Assembly (NCBI GenBank): GCA_964016885.1
Contig: OZ024746.1
Span: forward strand, 14,942,001-15,006,000
DNA: 64,000 nt
Direction of reading: 5' to 3'
DNA from: Eledone cirrhosa
Lineage: Eukaryota
The translations under genes and the position numbers were made by a program. Shown in pieces: positions 1 to 13,484 of the stretch (positions are counted from its first letter, which is position 1; each line of letters starts with the position of its first letter). The notes under the pieces were generated by a model. The model had not been told where the DNA came from and did no database searches. It saw nothing but the letters and a program-made list of their open reading frames with translations.

Positions 1-385
1 TGATGTGTGAAAGCTGGAGAGAAATCAAGTGTTTATCCTCCAATGGATGTGTGGTGTTAGTAATGAAATACAGATGAGCTGGGAGAAATAGTGAGCACAA
101 GGGGAGTCAGATGTAGTGTGCAAAAGAGAAGGGTGTGCTGGTATGGACATGTGAACCATATGCAGAATGATTGTTGAGTGAAGAAGTGCCAGGAAATGCT
201 AGTGGGAGGAAGTTGCAGTAGAGAAAGGTCGAGGATGACCTGGGAAGAAGTGGTGAGAGCTGATCTAAAAACACTGAACCCCAATGAGGATATGACTAAG
301 GAACCTTATGAGAAGAAGAAGGTTTTGCTGGAGAAGACCCGTCTAACCCAAGCAGGCAAGCATGGAAAAATGAATGTAAAATAAT
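1..385 (+). mobile_element. RTE-clade LINE 3' fragment (degenerate)
   Basis: Translates to WYGHV...VKKCQEM...SRMTWEEVVRADL...EKTR, the RTE ORF C-terminus, followed by the family 3' tail (caagcatggaaaa...aatgat). Confidence 0.8.
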
Positions 386-387
386 GA

Positions 388-600
388 TTGGCAGTAGAAT
401 TGTTAGAGCGTTGGACACCATGCTTTGCAGTATAGAGTTATGTCCCTTTATGTTCTGAGTTCAAATGTCGCTGAAGTTAGTTTTGCCTTTCATCCTGACA
501 GGGTTGATAAAATAAAGTACCAGTAATGAACTGGGGGAAGATTTAATCGACTTTAACTTCCCCCAAAATTGTTGATCTTGTGTCTAAATCAGAAACCATT
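388..600 (+). mobile_element. tRNA-headed SINE family A copy
   Basis: A-box-like TGGCAGTAG, B-box GAGTTCAAAT and core tttgcctttcatcc...gataaaataaagtaccag; more than 15 copies in the window. Confidence 0.8.
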
Positions 601-1617
601 ATCATCATCATCCACTTTTCCTTGACTTTCATGGGTTGACTGGAGCTTTATGTGGCAATATTTTACAGCCCGATGCTATTCTTCATACCAACCCTTTTAG
701 TTGCATCATATGACAAACACAGATAAACTGTGTAATTGTTCTAGAAACACTTTATTTCACAGTGCTCCAGTTCACACAGCTGGTAAATGATGAGTTGTAC
801 CTGTAATTGAAAGAGCCAGCCTTGTCACACACTGTCATGCTGAATCTCCCTGAGAACTACATTAAAAGTGTGTGTGTCTGTGGAATGTTCAGCCACTTGC
901 ATGTCAATTTAATGAGCAGACTGTTCCATTGATTGAACAGCAGGAACACTTGTCAAAACCAACAATAACAACATCAAAAAACATCTACATTAAGAACAAC
1001 ATCTTCATCAACACCAACAACAACAACACAATCTTATTTTTCTTTGATTGCAGCTGACAGACTGTTTAACAACAGTGAAACAAATTAACAAGACTGACTG
1101 TGTTAACCTCATCTCCAAATTTATGGTGACTATGGCTTTTTATTTATTTTGGTTTTTTAGTTTAATGTTTTAAATTAACTTTTAACCTCCTGTACCACAT
1201 GAAACCACATCAGCAAGACATTCTTGTACAAAACAGTAGTCAGATAAGTTCCCATTTTCAGCTACTTTGTTATAAACATAATATACACTCACTATTCATC
1301 ATTGTCATTGTTATTTAATGTCTTTTTGGTTGTTTTCTCAGTTCTTGTTCCTTTACAAATAAAGGATAACAATGAACACACCATGTGCGTGTTTGTATAT
1401 ATATATCTGTCTGTAACTCTTTAAAATCTATCCACACATACATACACAAAATATATTTCCCATTTCAATCATGTTGCTACAATAAGTTCACTTTCCAACC
1501 ACAAGGTCCTGTTTAGCTTCTATCCCTACATTTGTCCCTGTAAATAGTTAATTCTCCAAAGATACACCTCCATTTAATCCTGTGTGTTAGTTACTCTCTA
1601 ATCCTGTTTATTTTCAG

Positions 1618-1686
1618 TCGTTAGATGCCATCATTCAAAGTGACAAAAAAGATTTTACCTTTTGTCCTGGTTTAGGGCCACGAAAA
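1618..1686 (+). CDS. ERCC1: ERCC1 excision repair protein, internal exon (HhH2 domain)
   Basis: ttttcag|...|gtgagt, phase 0/0; encodes SLDAIIQSDKKDFTFCPGLGPRK, matching human ERCC1 [23 protein letters not shown]. Confidence 0.92.
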
Positions 1687-1738
1687 GTGAGTAGAAGTTT
1701 GTTTTCGCTCTATTTGTCTAACTATCTCTATCTCTCTA

Positions 1739-1790
<52 letters not shown>

Positions 1791-2002
1791 TATATCTGTC
1801 TACCTATTTTTTTTTCTCTCTCTCTGTTGGTCAGGAGTTGTAAGGGCACCATTGTAGCAGGACTTCAGCATTTTAGGTTTCAGGTTTCAATACAACTGTT
1901 TTCTTCCAAAGAAAGAGGAAGAGAGAGAGAGGGAGACAGAATTGATCCCCAGTCCTAGGCTGGTATTTTACTTATTGATTTTGAAAGTTAGGTGTCATCG
2001 TC

Positions 2003-2184
2003 TTAACCCTTTAGCATTTACATTATTTTATATATACTATTATATTTTCATGGTAAAGGCATTACCTCACATAATTATCTCACATACTATCGAATCTATG
2101 AGATTTTGAAAGTATTTATTTTGGGAACAATACTTTAACATCAGTTTGAGCGACCAGTTACAGCCAGTTTCACTAAAGGGTTAA
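2003..2184. mobile_element. piggyBac-like MITE (single-unit form)
   Basis: TTAA-CCCTTTAG...CTAAAGGG-TTAA termini; the interior matches one copy of the 72-bp satellite unit at 50670-52676. Confidence 0.75.
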
Positions 2185-2536
2185 ATAGAGCTGTGCCAGT
2201 AGTAAGATATATGTACTTCTGGCTCTCCAGTTAATATCTGACACTGTGTCAACTAGTCAGATATTAACAAGTGCAACAGCCACCCCACCTCCTCAGGTTT
2301 CAAGACAAGCAGGCCACCTTTTTGGTTTAGCGGAGGAAATCAGCAATATGGAGACCAAGAACATCAGAGGTCTTGGTGGAGACCAGTACAAAGAGGAAGT
2401 AGTCAGTCAGGCCCCGGTATTTAACTATCTTCCTCAAGATTAATAAAGAATTAAATTGTAAATGTCTCTTCTTCCTGAAACTTTCCACACTTATTTACCA
2501 AAAATGGCCATTAAAAAAATCTTTTTTTATTTTCAG

Positions 2537-2606
2537 GCTGAACAGCTGTACAATGTCTTTCATGAACCATTTTTAAAACGAAAGAAAATTTCATCTGACA
2601 ATGAAG
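2537..2606 (+). CDS. ERCC1: ERCC1 exon (AEQLYNVFHEPFLKRKKISSDNE)
   Basis: tttcag acceptor, in frame with the previous exon; matches human ARRLFDVLHEPFLK; donor aag|gtgtgt. Confidence 0.9.
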
Positions 2607-2657
2607 GTGTGTTCTCTCTCTCACTCCTCTCTCGCGCTTTCTCTCTCATTCTCACTT

Positions 2658-2688
<31 letters not shown>

Positions 2689-3106
2689 ACTTCCCTCTTG
2701 CTCTTTCTCTCTTACTCCCCTCTCTTCTCTCTCTCTCTCTCTCTTACTCCCCTCTCCTCTCTCTCTCATACACACTCGGCAGTGCTGTTATCGTTATTGT
2801 CATCATCACAGGACAATGGATTGGCAGAATCAGTAGAGCGTCAGACAAAATGCTTCTGGATATTTATGTTCTGAGTTCAAATACTGTCAAGTTCAACTTT
2901 GCCTTTTATCGTTCTGGATTCAATAAAGTAAAATACTAGTTATGTATTGCAATTGATACAATCAACTTTCCCCTTTCCTTCAAACTGTTGGCCTTGTGCC
3001 TAAATTAGTAGCCATCATCATCATCATAAGAAGTAATTTGTCTAAAATCCATTTATTCTGTGTCTGACCATTTTCTGTCTAACTGTTGCTGCCCTTTCTC
3101 TTTCAG

Positions 3107-3132
3107 TTGGTGAAACTAGCGTCCAGAAGTAA
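3107..3132 (+). CDS. ERCC1: ERCC1 probable terminal coding exon (VGETSVQK*)
   Basis: Polypyrimidine tract plus ttcag acceptor, phase 1 compatible with the donor at 2606; TAA at 3130-3132; AATAAA at 3190-3195. Confidence 0.65.
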
Positions 3133-3221
3133 AATTATTGCTGACAATTCTGATTGACTGATTCCAGAAGAAACACACATCAGTTGTGGAATAAAACAGT
3201 AAAGTTGTTATGTTTATTGTC

Positions 3222-3575
3222 AACAACAGACACCTTGTCTGTTGTAGATCTGAACAGACACCTTGTCTATTGTAGATCTGTTAACAACAGACACCTTGTC
3301 TCTTGTAGATCTGTTAACAACAGACACCTTGTCTATTGTAGATCTGTTAACAACAGACACCTTGTCTCTTGCAGATCTGTTAACAACAGACACCTTGTCT
3401 ATTGTAGATCTGTTAACAACAGACACCTTGTCTATTGTAGATCTGTTAACAACAGACACCTTGTCTATTGTAGATCTGTTAACAACAGACACCTTGTCTA
3501 TTGTAAATCTGTTAACAACAGACACCTTGTTTATTGTAGATCTGTTAACAACAGACATCTTGTCTCTTGCAGAAG
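3222..3575. repeat. 33-bp minisatellite, about 11 copies
   Basis: Unit aacaacagacaccttgtctattgtagatctgtt. Confidence 0.95.
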
Positions 3576-4444
3576 ATCTGTTGAGTTAACATCACATTTC
3601 TAATTGTCATCAGCATCAAGTGTTTTAAAACCAGCTAAAGAAGAGTTTATCATTGCCAGCTGCATTACAAACGAAGGTGCATGGCTTAGTGGTTAGGGTG
3701 TTGGATGGACAATCATAAGGTCATGGGTTAAATTCCTTGACTACATGATGCATTGTCTTCTTAAGCAAGATCCTTCATTTCATATTGATTTTCATGATAG
3801 GATTGGGGCTCTTAACTTTAAAACCTCCTATGAAATACAGCCTTGTAGGTCAGCTAAAGTTACATAGGTGTCAACTGTAATTACAAGAAGATAGAACTGG
3901 GAGCCCCTATCATGAAAACACCCAAGAACCCTTCTATGAGATACAACCTTTATGAGGCCAACTAAACTCACAGGTATGAACTGCAAATTTTATTTAATTT
4001 TCATTTTTCATACTTAGCATCTTAGGGTCCATTAGGGTCCATTTTGAGGCATTGTCTTATGACCAGACGGCCTCCCTGGCACCAATCCTTTTAGTTACCT
4101 CTTATGTTATGTAGGGTAACAATATCTATTCTAAACTGGATACACACAGCCCTCAACTGTTTTTAATAAGCAATATACAATATAAATGAACTTCAATTGG
4201 GAATTTCTCCTTGACAATAAATCCCTAAAGCTACTTGTAATTCTGTTTACCTATGCCTATAGATGTTATATATATATGTATATATAGATATCCATATATG
4301 TTCATTTTATGTAAGATGGTTTAAATTATGAGTTATTCCAGTCATTCTGATTAGCAGACTGATGCAATAAGCCAAAGCACGTGACATTATGTGTGTCATC
4401 CATCAAAAATGTATCTCATGGTTGCTGCAGGAATGGATATATGT

Positions 4445-4612
4445 GTGTGGGTGGTTGGCGTTAGGAAGAACATCCAGCTGTAGAAACCAAGCCCAAATCT
4501 GTTCTGAATGAGCAAGACATGGTCATCTGACCTTGATTTACCTCAATTAAGACAACCTATCTAACCCATGCTAGCATAGAAAATGGACGTTAAACGGTGA
4601 TGATGATGATGA
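4445..4612 (+). mobile_element. RTE-tail SINE/LINE 3'UTR fragment ending in (GAT)n
   Basis: ggttggcgttaggaagaacatccagctgtagaaacc...acccatgctagcatagaaaatggacgttaaacggtgatgatgat. Confidence 0.75.
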
Positions 4613-6327
4613 TATACACATACACACACATATATATCAACATCACCATCATTTAAAACCTGTCATCCCTGCTAGAAAGGGTTGGACTGATTGCCACAGA
4701 CCAAGTTATATAATTGGAGCTACTGACCCATGAGACGTGCTGGGAGTTCACATCTTGCTTACATAATGGATGTTAAGTGATGATGATGTTTGCAATTTTG
4801 ACCCAACTCAGTTACTTACACTCTTTAAATTCACTGCTTTGTGACTCAAGTTATTTGGTATGTGACCTATATCTGACAGTGGTATGTTGAAACTAAAACA
4901 ATTATGTTGTGGAAGACTAATTTTAGCCAGTTAAAAAAAAAAACCCATGCAGAAACTGTTATAATCACATTTTATATATTTTGTGAGGTGACAACTCACA
5001 AATCATTTCCATCATCATCATCATCATCATTTAATGTCCATTTATCTATGCTGGCATGGATTAGACAGGTCACTGATCAAATCAGTACTTAATAGAAACT
5101 ATTGACCTCTCAGACAGGCATGGATGCTTGCATCTTGTTTACATACATTCTAGCATTTGACAGAGTGTACTGGGTACATTTTATTATATCATCAGCACTA
5201 GAGACGTTGCTATGCCCTTATGGAAAATGAATGTAATAGTTTTTGTGTGTTTTTAGATGAAAAAAATATAATTCTTCTATGATGTAATTGCTTCATTTCT
5301 CTTATAGCAATAATACTCTTGAAAAGGAGCTTCATTATTTCAAACCTGTTCCCTTTAAATATTTAGCCTACACCTGTGTAAGAAACCAATATTATTGTCT
5401 CAATGACGATGATAACAATGACAACAATTATTACTTATGAGAACAACATAGTGTTTGATAGGCAGTAATCATTAGAGTATCAGACAAAGTGATTTGTGGC
5501 ATATAGTTACGTCTATTTACATTCTGAGTTCAAATCTCGCCAAAGTCAGCCTTGCCTTTCATCCTTCTGGGGCTCGATAGTACCCAGTTAAATACTGGAG
5601 TCAATATAATTGACTTTCCTCTCCCCACATATTGCTGGCCTTGTGCCAATGTTAGAAAGAATTATTTAGAACAAGAAAATAACAATGGTAGGGGAAAATG
5701 TTTTATATTTGTTCTCATCTTGTTGAATTTCTAAACTAATGTCTTCAGTTGTATTAATTAAGTATATTTTAATCTAAAAGATATTAACAAAGTATATTTT
5801 AATCTGTAAGATAATTGAACAAAAACTTCCCTCTCATTTATACACCTAATAAATACATTTCGAGCAACTGAAAAAACAAATATAATGGAAATAAATGGAC
5901 GATATATTTTTTTATAATTTTGTGTTCAGCTTTTTATTATATTTATTTCATAAATCAATTGATTAATTAATTAATGATTTTATTTGTCAGGCTTTCAGTG
6001 TCATCATCATCATCATCGTTTAACGTCCATTTTCCAGCTAGCATGAGTTAGCTTTATATTGCAGTTTCAGTGAATCTATGGGCAATATTAAATTTCATTC
6101 CATTAGACAATAAAATGAAATATTTGATTCAATTTTAACAAATTAAATAAAGAACTGAATAACAAAAAAAATATTCTTCACTCAGGCATCCAGCCATAGA
6201 GAGCTTGCTAAACAAAGGGTTGGGAGGACCCTTCCTTTAGTTGTATCAAGGATATGACAGCCTCCCTAGTGTTGGTGATCTACATGATAATTGCACTCAG
6301 TATACACTGTAAATTGATTTTCTCTGT

Positions 6328-6575
6328 AAAGCCAGAATGACAGCAGCCCATTTGGAGAGGGATCCCTGTGAGGTGGGATGGCTGTTGCAGCAGGTGTCTC
6401 AAGCCATTCTCTGTGGTAATGTCTTTGCCATTTTGTCCACGAGGCGCAGCTTAGACTGGGGTGTAGTATCTGTCCCTCTCTTTCGCCCTTTTTTTCGTTG
6501 CTTGATTCTTTTTTCTTTTCTTTTCATTTCCTTTGTTTTGTTCCCTGTAATAGTGTGTTTTGTTTTTGTATAAAC
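6328..6575 (+). mobile_element. CRE-like (RLE) non-LTR retrotransposon 3' fragment
   Basis: RDPCEVGWLLQQVSQAILCGNVFAIL resembles the CRE-clade C-terminal L.QRxSxAxQRGNA motif; followed by a T-rich 3'UTR. Confidence 0.55.
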
Positions 6576-7789
6576 AGCTTAGTTATGCAATAAACTGATC
6601 TAAGTGTGAAAAATTAAAAAAATATGAATTACAATATTTATAAAGCTTTGGAATAATTTCAAGAAAATAGACAATAAAGAAAGTTTGAATTTAAATATAT
6701 TATGCCAATCCCGCCAGTCACTGAAACTGTAAACTTGAAGGAGGCTGTCTTTGTTTTTTGTATTTTTGTATCAACAGGAAACATCTTTAAACACACTTAA
6801 TGTAATAAGCCTTAAACCTTATTTTACATTGCACTAATAATTTATACTTGAAATATATCTCTACCCCTATATAATCCTTTGTTCAGCATTTATAGCAGTA
6901 GTTACCAACCTTTTCACTTCTACTTACTGCTATCATTTTTCATGCTGGTATGGGTTGGACAGGACTTTTTGATGCAATGTTTGAACAACCAGATAACCTG
7001 CCTGGCACTTTTTAGTTGATTCTTACAACATGTAGAGATACAGTGTATCTATTGTAAAGCAGATACACACAGGGATATGGTGTACTTATTCTTAACTAGA
7101 TACACATAGGGAAACAGTGTACCTATTGTAAATCAGTTTTACAGAGGGAATCAGTACCTATTGTAAACCATATACACAGGGATACTGGGTACTTATTGTA
7201 AACCTGATACAGTGTACCTATTTTAAAGGTACATGCAAATTAATTTTTCAATGGACTCCTTACTACAATTACTCCCCCACCCAGATTGTTATACAGGGAG
7301 AATATTTATATTTAAAGAAGAATAGATACCGAATAGTGTGTGTAGATTATATTTTCAACCAAGTACTTAAAAATTACTTAGCTCCTGGAGTCCCAATTTG
7401 AGAACTTTTTTTTTATAAAGTAGCTATAGGAGAAATTACTGTTGTGTAAATCAAGTGGGGACTTTCTCTATAATTTTCAGAACAATAGGTTATGCAGTAA
7501 AATTACAAGTGGCCTACTCAAACATTTCGACAAACTAACTATTGTTTTCATGCAGATGGCATTCCCAAGAAATTAACCTTTTTTTTAATATATTAAATGT
7601 TAATGCCTACATATGTACAATATTGTTATAGACTTAGTAATTGCCTTATCACTACTTTGTCCATTACAGTTGAGTCTATGTTTGCTGAGGAGGTTGAATG
7701 AGACCTAAACATGTCTGGAGTTGTCTACAGTGATTAAAATAATATTAGTCATTGAACTCATCTTTTCCTCTTCTTTTTTTGCATCCACT

Positions 7790-8240
7790 TATTCCTGGGA
7801 GGATCATGGGAGCAGTGTACTCAGGTATGCCTTCCAGCAGGTCCTGCCAGAATCAACCATCTCCAATTGATCCTGCTGAACCCCCAAGCAAGACCAACTA
7901 AGCTCATCAATATTATCCAAACATCTTGCTCGAGATCTACCTTTGGGTCTCCTGCCAGTTTTTTGCTCATAAAATCTGTCCACGGATCCTTTCCTGAGAT
8001 ATTTTAACCGCATGTCCGTAATATCAGAGCTGTGGTCTTCCAATTTGGAGAAGTAGTAGCTCTATTGGGAGTGACACTCTGATCGTCAACTATACACTCT
8101 ATCAAGTAACATTACTCCAAAGACCCTTCAGGAACCCCATTTCGGCTGCTTGTATTTGCATTACTGCACCAGCTCCTGCTATTTTTGCACTTAATTTAGC
8201 CTCCTGCTTTCCATCACTCATGAACACGGTCCCAAAATAC
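7790..8240 (-). mobile_element. RTE (Rex3/Expander-like) LINE 3' fragment
   Basis: TGRRPKGRSRARCLDNIDELSWSCLGV...W...LLP resembles RPRGRPRTRW.D....LAWERLG; degenerate upstream sequence. Confidence 0.7.
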
Positions 8241-9399
8241 CAGCACTACCATGTTACAGAGTGTATTGGGTGCATTTTATAGTGACACCAGCATTAAATA
8301 CCTATATGTTAATCTGGAGAGGACAGAGAATGCTAATAGGTGTTTGAAGCCTTTATTGACCGAGAAATAGAATTAATGAGATGTAATTAATACAGTAAAT
8401 ATTTAATTGAAGCTGGTCTGTGTCAGATATATGTCCTGTTATATAGAAATTTGGAAGGGAAGGATGGGTTAGATAACACATTTAGCATGCTGGATTAGAG
8501 ATATTGATGTTGGTACAGTGAGAGGGGTGACGGTAAGAGTGTGTGTATATAGAGAAAAGGATATATAATGATGATTATATATATATATAACTTATACACA
8601 CACATATATATATATACACGTGTGTGTGTGCATCTATGCATATTCTATTATATATACACCTACATGCAGATAAAAACTAAGCTACTCCGAATAAAATAAG
8701 ATTTCATATATACATTCATATCTATATCTGTACAATATATATGTATATATATATATATATAAAACTCTGTATATATTCACAAGCAGTTAGACACTGAGTC
8801 AAGCAAAGCATAAAAGAAATAACTAGAGTGATAAATGGTAAACAGAAATTGGTCACATGTTAATTTTTCCAGCTTTGATTGGTCAGAGGATTAAAAAGAA
8901 GATAGCAGAAACATTGACATTAAAAGAAAATAGCAGTTTCCTGCGAAGGGAAGCTTGAACAATAGAACATATTGTTGTAATTGTGCAAACATCATGCTGT
9001 CACATGTTTACAAATATCTCTCAGATTGACTACAAAATCTGTAAGGTATGGGGGATGATAACTGGTCTATAGAGAAATGATTAAACACTGAACCTCCAAA
9101 ATGAAATATTAAGGTAAGATTTCTTTCTCAATTCATATAATTTTTTAAAGTAAATTAAAACAACAGAAAATAGATTGACCTTTTCATTACTATATTTCTG
9201 AAGAAATACACTGCCTAAAGTTTTCAAATATTTTTTTGAATAATTAAGAAATTTGGGGGATTTAGTAATGTAACTAACTTTCTCATTACTAATCCTTTCA
9301 TTATTATATTTCTGAAGAAATACACTGCAAGCCATTGAGCCCCACCAAGGTTTTTTTATACTTAGGAATTACTTGTATTTCCTCAGAATTAGTCCCTCT

Positions 9400-9570
9400 T
9401 ACAAATTCTCGTCTCTCCAAAATGCTGTGATGACTTAATATTCAGTGAGCTCGAGAGTCAGGTCAATGCCTGACTCTCCAGAGTCCCGCGACCAAGCTGT
9501 CTTGCCTAAACGGTTTGGAGGTCTCAGTCTGCGTAAATGCTCGTCTTTCTCCCTGCCTTGCTTTCTTACC
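9400..9570 (+). mobile_element. CRE-like retrotransposon internal fragment
   Basis: Translates DQAVLPKRFGGLSLRKCSSFSLPCFL, resembling QAxLPxRxGGLGIR...ALPAFL downstream of the RT in RLE elements. Confidence 0.55.
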
Positions 9571-11158
9571 AAGGTATCAGGTGCCTGGTTGTTTCAGTGC
9601 CTTAGCCTCACCATCACTTGTTGACCCTTGTGATGTGGTATGTGACCAATTGTTGCACTTGGTGGTGAATTGATGGTAGTTTTTGTTTGTGTTTCCCCCT
9701 ATTTTCTATTTCTCTCGCTCTAGTCATATTTTGGTGTGTTGTATTTGTGAGGTTCCTAGCAATAGTTAGTTGTATTTAGTATTTGTGTTTATATTTTCAT
9801 TTAAAAAGAATTATGAACAGTTTGTAATGTTATTTATATATATATTTAAAACAAATAAATTCCTCTTTTCAATTAATTTTTAAAATAAAAAAAGAAAGAG
9901 ATTTAATATTATAACTAAAATTCTCACTATCACATTGGTATTCAGGGTCAGTGAAGCATTTCTGAACTAGTGGGGTCAAATTTGGTCAATTTAGTTGTGA
10001 TTAGTTTAGCTGTTATTATCAACCAAGATATAAAAAACTTCAATATGTGATAAACATAACATGTACTTAAATTGTAGCGGATATACAAATAGATGTGTGT
10101 TTTGGTAGTTTAGGGAGAAATATGTTATTGGCGGGGTCACCTATTACAACACACAGGGACTCAGTGTACCTATTCTAAATCATATATACACAGGGATACA
10201 GTGTACCTATTGCCAAACAAAGGGTTGGGAGGACCCTTCAGCCATGTCAAGGACATGACAGCCTCCCTAGTATTTGGTGATGTTCAATAAATGCACCCAG
10301 TACATACTATAAAGTGGTTGGAAGGGCATACAGCCATAGAAAGCTTGCCAAACAAGGGGCTGGGAGGACCCTCTGTTGTGTCAAAAGTATGACAACCTCC
10401 CCTGTGCCCAACTGTACATAAGTGAGATGACAGATCCCTAGCTGCTCTGGGAGATTAGTGGCCACCACTTCAATACTGACTTGGTCTATGTAGATCTATC
10501 CAGCCTTTGCTAGCAGGGAAAGCAGATGTTAAAATGATGATGATGATGATGATGATGACGTGTATATATATATATATATATACACCCACACACACATATA
10601 TCAGTATGGCAGTAAACTAATACAATTAAATATAAGTATGTATACGTACATACATATATGTATACAGACGTACAGTAGTATGTATATATATATACATACA
10701 TGCACACATATATATATGTACGTATGGATTCACCGAACATTTATTATAATGCTCGGTGTGTTTGTAAACAAACATCCCGAATTAAGCCGTACAGTGTCTA
10801 GCAACCATCGTTGCTCATTTGTTCAACACTGACAAAGGAACGCTGTACTAGTTTCAAGCTTATTATAATAAATGTTCGGTGAATCCATACGTACATATAT
10901 ATATGTGTACATGTATGTATATATATATACATACTACTGTACGTCTGTATACATATATGTATGTACGTGTACATACTTATATTTAAGTAACAGCCGTACC
11001 AAGAGTGGGAAATGAAATTTTGTTTCATTTTTTCCGTTTATCATTTTCGCTACCCCGGGCAATTAACTCACTCGATATGCAAATTAGGCTGCTCAGCCGT
11101 TAATATGCATAAGGAAAGTATATACTTTCAGACGTTCAATCATCTGGCAGGAAGGTAT

Positions 11159-11201
11159 ACGTTGCTGACGATAGCTAATAAGGTTGAAACTAGTACAGCG
11201 T
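11159..11201 (+). ncRNA. Minimal type I hammerhead ribozyme motif
   Basis: ACGTTG-CTGACGA-tagctaataaggtt-GAAAC-ta-GTA-CAGCGT: 6-bp stem I, intact core, palindromic stem III (ACTAGT); stem II has one mismatch that is absent in the inverted copy. Confidence 0.8.
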
Positions 11202-11404
11202 TCCTTTGTCAGTGTTGAACAAAAGAGCAACGATGGTTGCTAGACACTGTACGGCTTAGTTCGGGATGTTTGTTTACAAACACACCGAGCATTATAATAA
11301 ATGTTCAGTGAATCCATACGTACATATATATATGTGTGCATGTATGTATATATATATATACATACTACTGTACGTCTGTATACATATATGTATGTACGTA
11401 TACA

Positions 11405-11630
11405 TAGCCCACACTGTAAAGTGGACGTGTAGGCGCCACGAAAAAGCACCCAGCACTCACTGTAAATGAGGTTGGTGTTAGGAAGGGCATCCAGCTGTAG
11501 AAATCAAGCCAAATCAGTTCCTGTATGAGCAAGGCATGGTCAGCCGACCAGACACTGCCCACACCAGAACAACCCGTCTAACCCATGCTAGCGTGGAAGA
11601 ACGGACGTAAAACGGTGATGATGATGATGA
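11405..11630 (+). mobile_element. RTE-tail SINE fragment nested in the PLE-like element
   Basis: gttaggaagggcatccagctgtagaaa...acccatgctagcgtggaagaacggacgtaaaacgg(tga)n; interrupts the 429-bp unit. Confidence 0.8.
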
Positions 11631-12349
11631 CATACTTATATTTAAGTAACAGCCGTACTAAGAGTGAGAAATGAAATTTCGTTTCATTTTTTCCGTTAAT
11701 ACAATTAAGTTATAAATATAATTAAGGATTTTTCATTGAGCAATGATCTTTCATTTAAAAAAAAGAGTTAAACCTGGTTCTATGATATGAAATTGGTTGT
11801 TTTAAATTGGTTTATATCTATTTAAAGACCTTCAATCATAATTTTATGTGAGAACTAAATCTCTCCAACTTTTTGTTAATTTTCAAAATTATTTGAATAC
11901 CATAATCAGTGTCATTCATTAGAAATATGGTAATGTTAATGAGATTGAAACAGAAACAAATACAAATATTTAAAACCCTTTTCATACCATCTTGGCTCTG
12001 GTCCTATGAAATAAAACCACTAATTTTAAAGAGTTCCTATTTAAATCTTCCAGCATAATTTTATATATGAACCACATGTTAAGTTGCTATCTTAGTAATT
12101 AAATGATTAACAATTTTGGAGAATCCCTCAAAAGTCTAGATTATTTGACAATGTGCTAATTATGCACCATTAATTAATATATGCTAGAAATAAGATATGT
12201 ATTCAGCAAAATAAACAATTTCAGCCATCATTTGCAATCAAGTGGTAGTATGTACTATGCTTTCTCTAAAGGTTTTAGATATCCATGCTGTCATGAGCAG
12301 ACACAGACATCTTTCTCACCCTCTTACCTCTTATCTAGCAGAACACCTA

Positions 12350-12700
12350 GGATGTGACAGTTTGAAGGAGAGAGAGCTGCACTAGCTGTGGGTTGGTACT
12401 TCCTTTATCTGCTAGCTGTGGCTTGGTACTCTCTTTATTGGTAAAAGTGGACTGGCAGCTTAAAGGAGAGAGAGCTGCACTAGCTGTGGGTTGGTACTTT
12501 ATCTGCAGAGTGGACTGAGAGCTTGGAGGAGAGAGGGCTGTACTAGCTGTGGGTTGGTACTTTATCTGCAAAGTGGACTGAGAGCTTGGAGGAGAGAGGG
12601 CTGTACTAGCTGTGGGTTGGTACTTTATCTGCAAAGTGGACCGACAACTTGAATGAGAGAGGGCTACACTAGTTGTGGGCTGGTACTTTCTTTATCTGTA
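12350..12700. repeat. About 60-bp tandem repeat, 5-6 copies
   Basis: Unit ...ggagagagggctgtactagctgtgggttggtactttatctgcaaagtggactgagagctt. Confidence 0.9.
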
Positions 12701-12895
12701 ATGTGGACCTTGGCAGGAATTGAACTCAGAATGCAGAGAAGTGAAACAATCTCTAACCACTCTCTCAAATTAACTGTTTTTTATGTAGTTATCTAATATA
12801 CTTCATATACTATATAGACTATAAATACTATCTATACTATAAATGCTTCATATATACTGTATATATCATATACTTCATTTGCTATATATACTATA

Positions 12896-13093
12896 CAAGG
12901 GTCAGCTGAAAAGTTCATAGGCTGACCAAGAAACTCTCATGGAATGACCAAATGAATTTTAATTTTCAACATAGTTCCTGGAAAGAAACAATGCAATTAT
13001 TAATAAGAAGAGTTGAAATTAATGCATGCAAAATTTCACAGCTCTAACATCACTCCTTCATAGTCAGCTAATGAACTTTTCAGCTGACTCTCG
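12896..13093. mobile_element. Tc1/mariner-type MITE
   Basis: TA-caagggtcagctgaaaagttcataggctgac ... gtcagctaatgaacttttcagctgactctcg-TA (about 30-bp imperfect TIRs, TA TSD). Confidence 0.8.
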
Positions 13094-13484
13094 TATATAC
13101 TATAAATACTTCATATATACTATATCATATACTATATGTGCTATATATAATATAAATACTATATATATCATATACTTTATCTACTATATATACTTTATAT
13201 ATATTTTATTTTTATAACTAAACTCACAAAGTAAAAATTAAAATCAAATGTTTTTAAATGAATATACAAGAATGTGGTTTTAAATATATTTAATTTACTT
13301 TTCCAGCAACATCACAGCGAATTAATATTGGAACGTACTAATTGGTCTACAAAATTCTCACTGGAATGCAAAAACTGGATTACCAAGAGTATTGGTATTG
13401 ATCTTGTGAGAGCTTATTTGTGTGGGCTGACTGACCACAAAGGTCTTACGACATTGTATTGGCCAGAATTAAAACATTCCAAAA

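Larger units (their letters stand above)
10618..11708 (+). mobile_element. Non-autonomous Penelope-like/retrozyme-like insertion: 5' inversion plus partial tandem 429-bp unit, 12-bp TSD
   Basis: TAATACAATTAA at 10618-10629 and 11697-11708; 10627-10864 is the reverse complement of the downstream unit; direct repeat period 429 (10862 vs 11291); contains a hammerhead; nested SINE at 11405-11630. Confidence 0.8.

Noticed and set aside
8870-9045. 5' non-coding exon of the protocadherin (donor aag|gtatgg, acceptor at 14237)
   Set aside because: Plausible, but supported only by splice-like motifs, so it is not listed as a feature.
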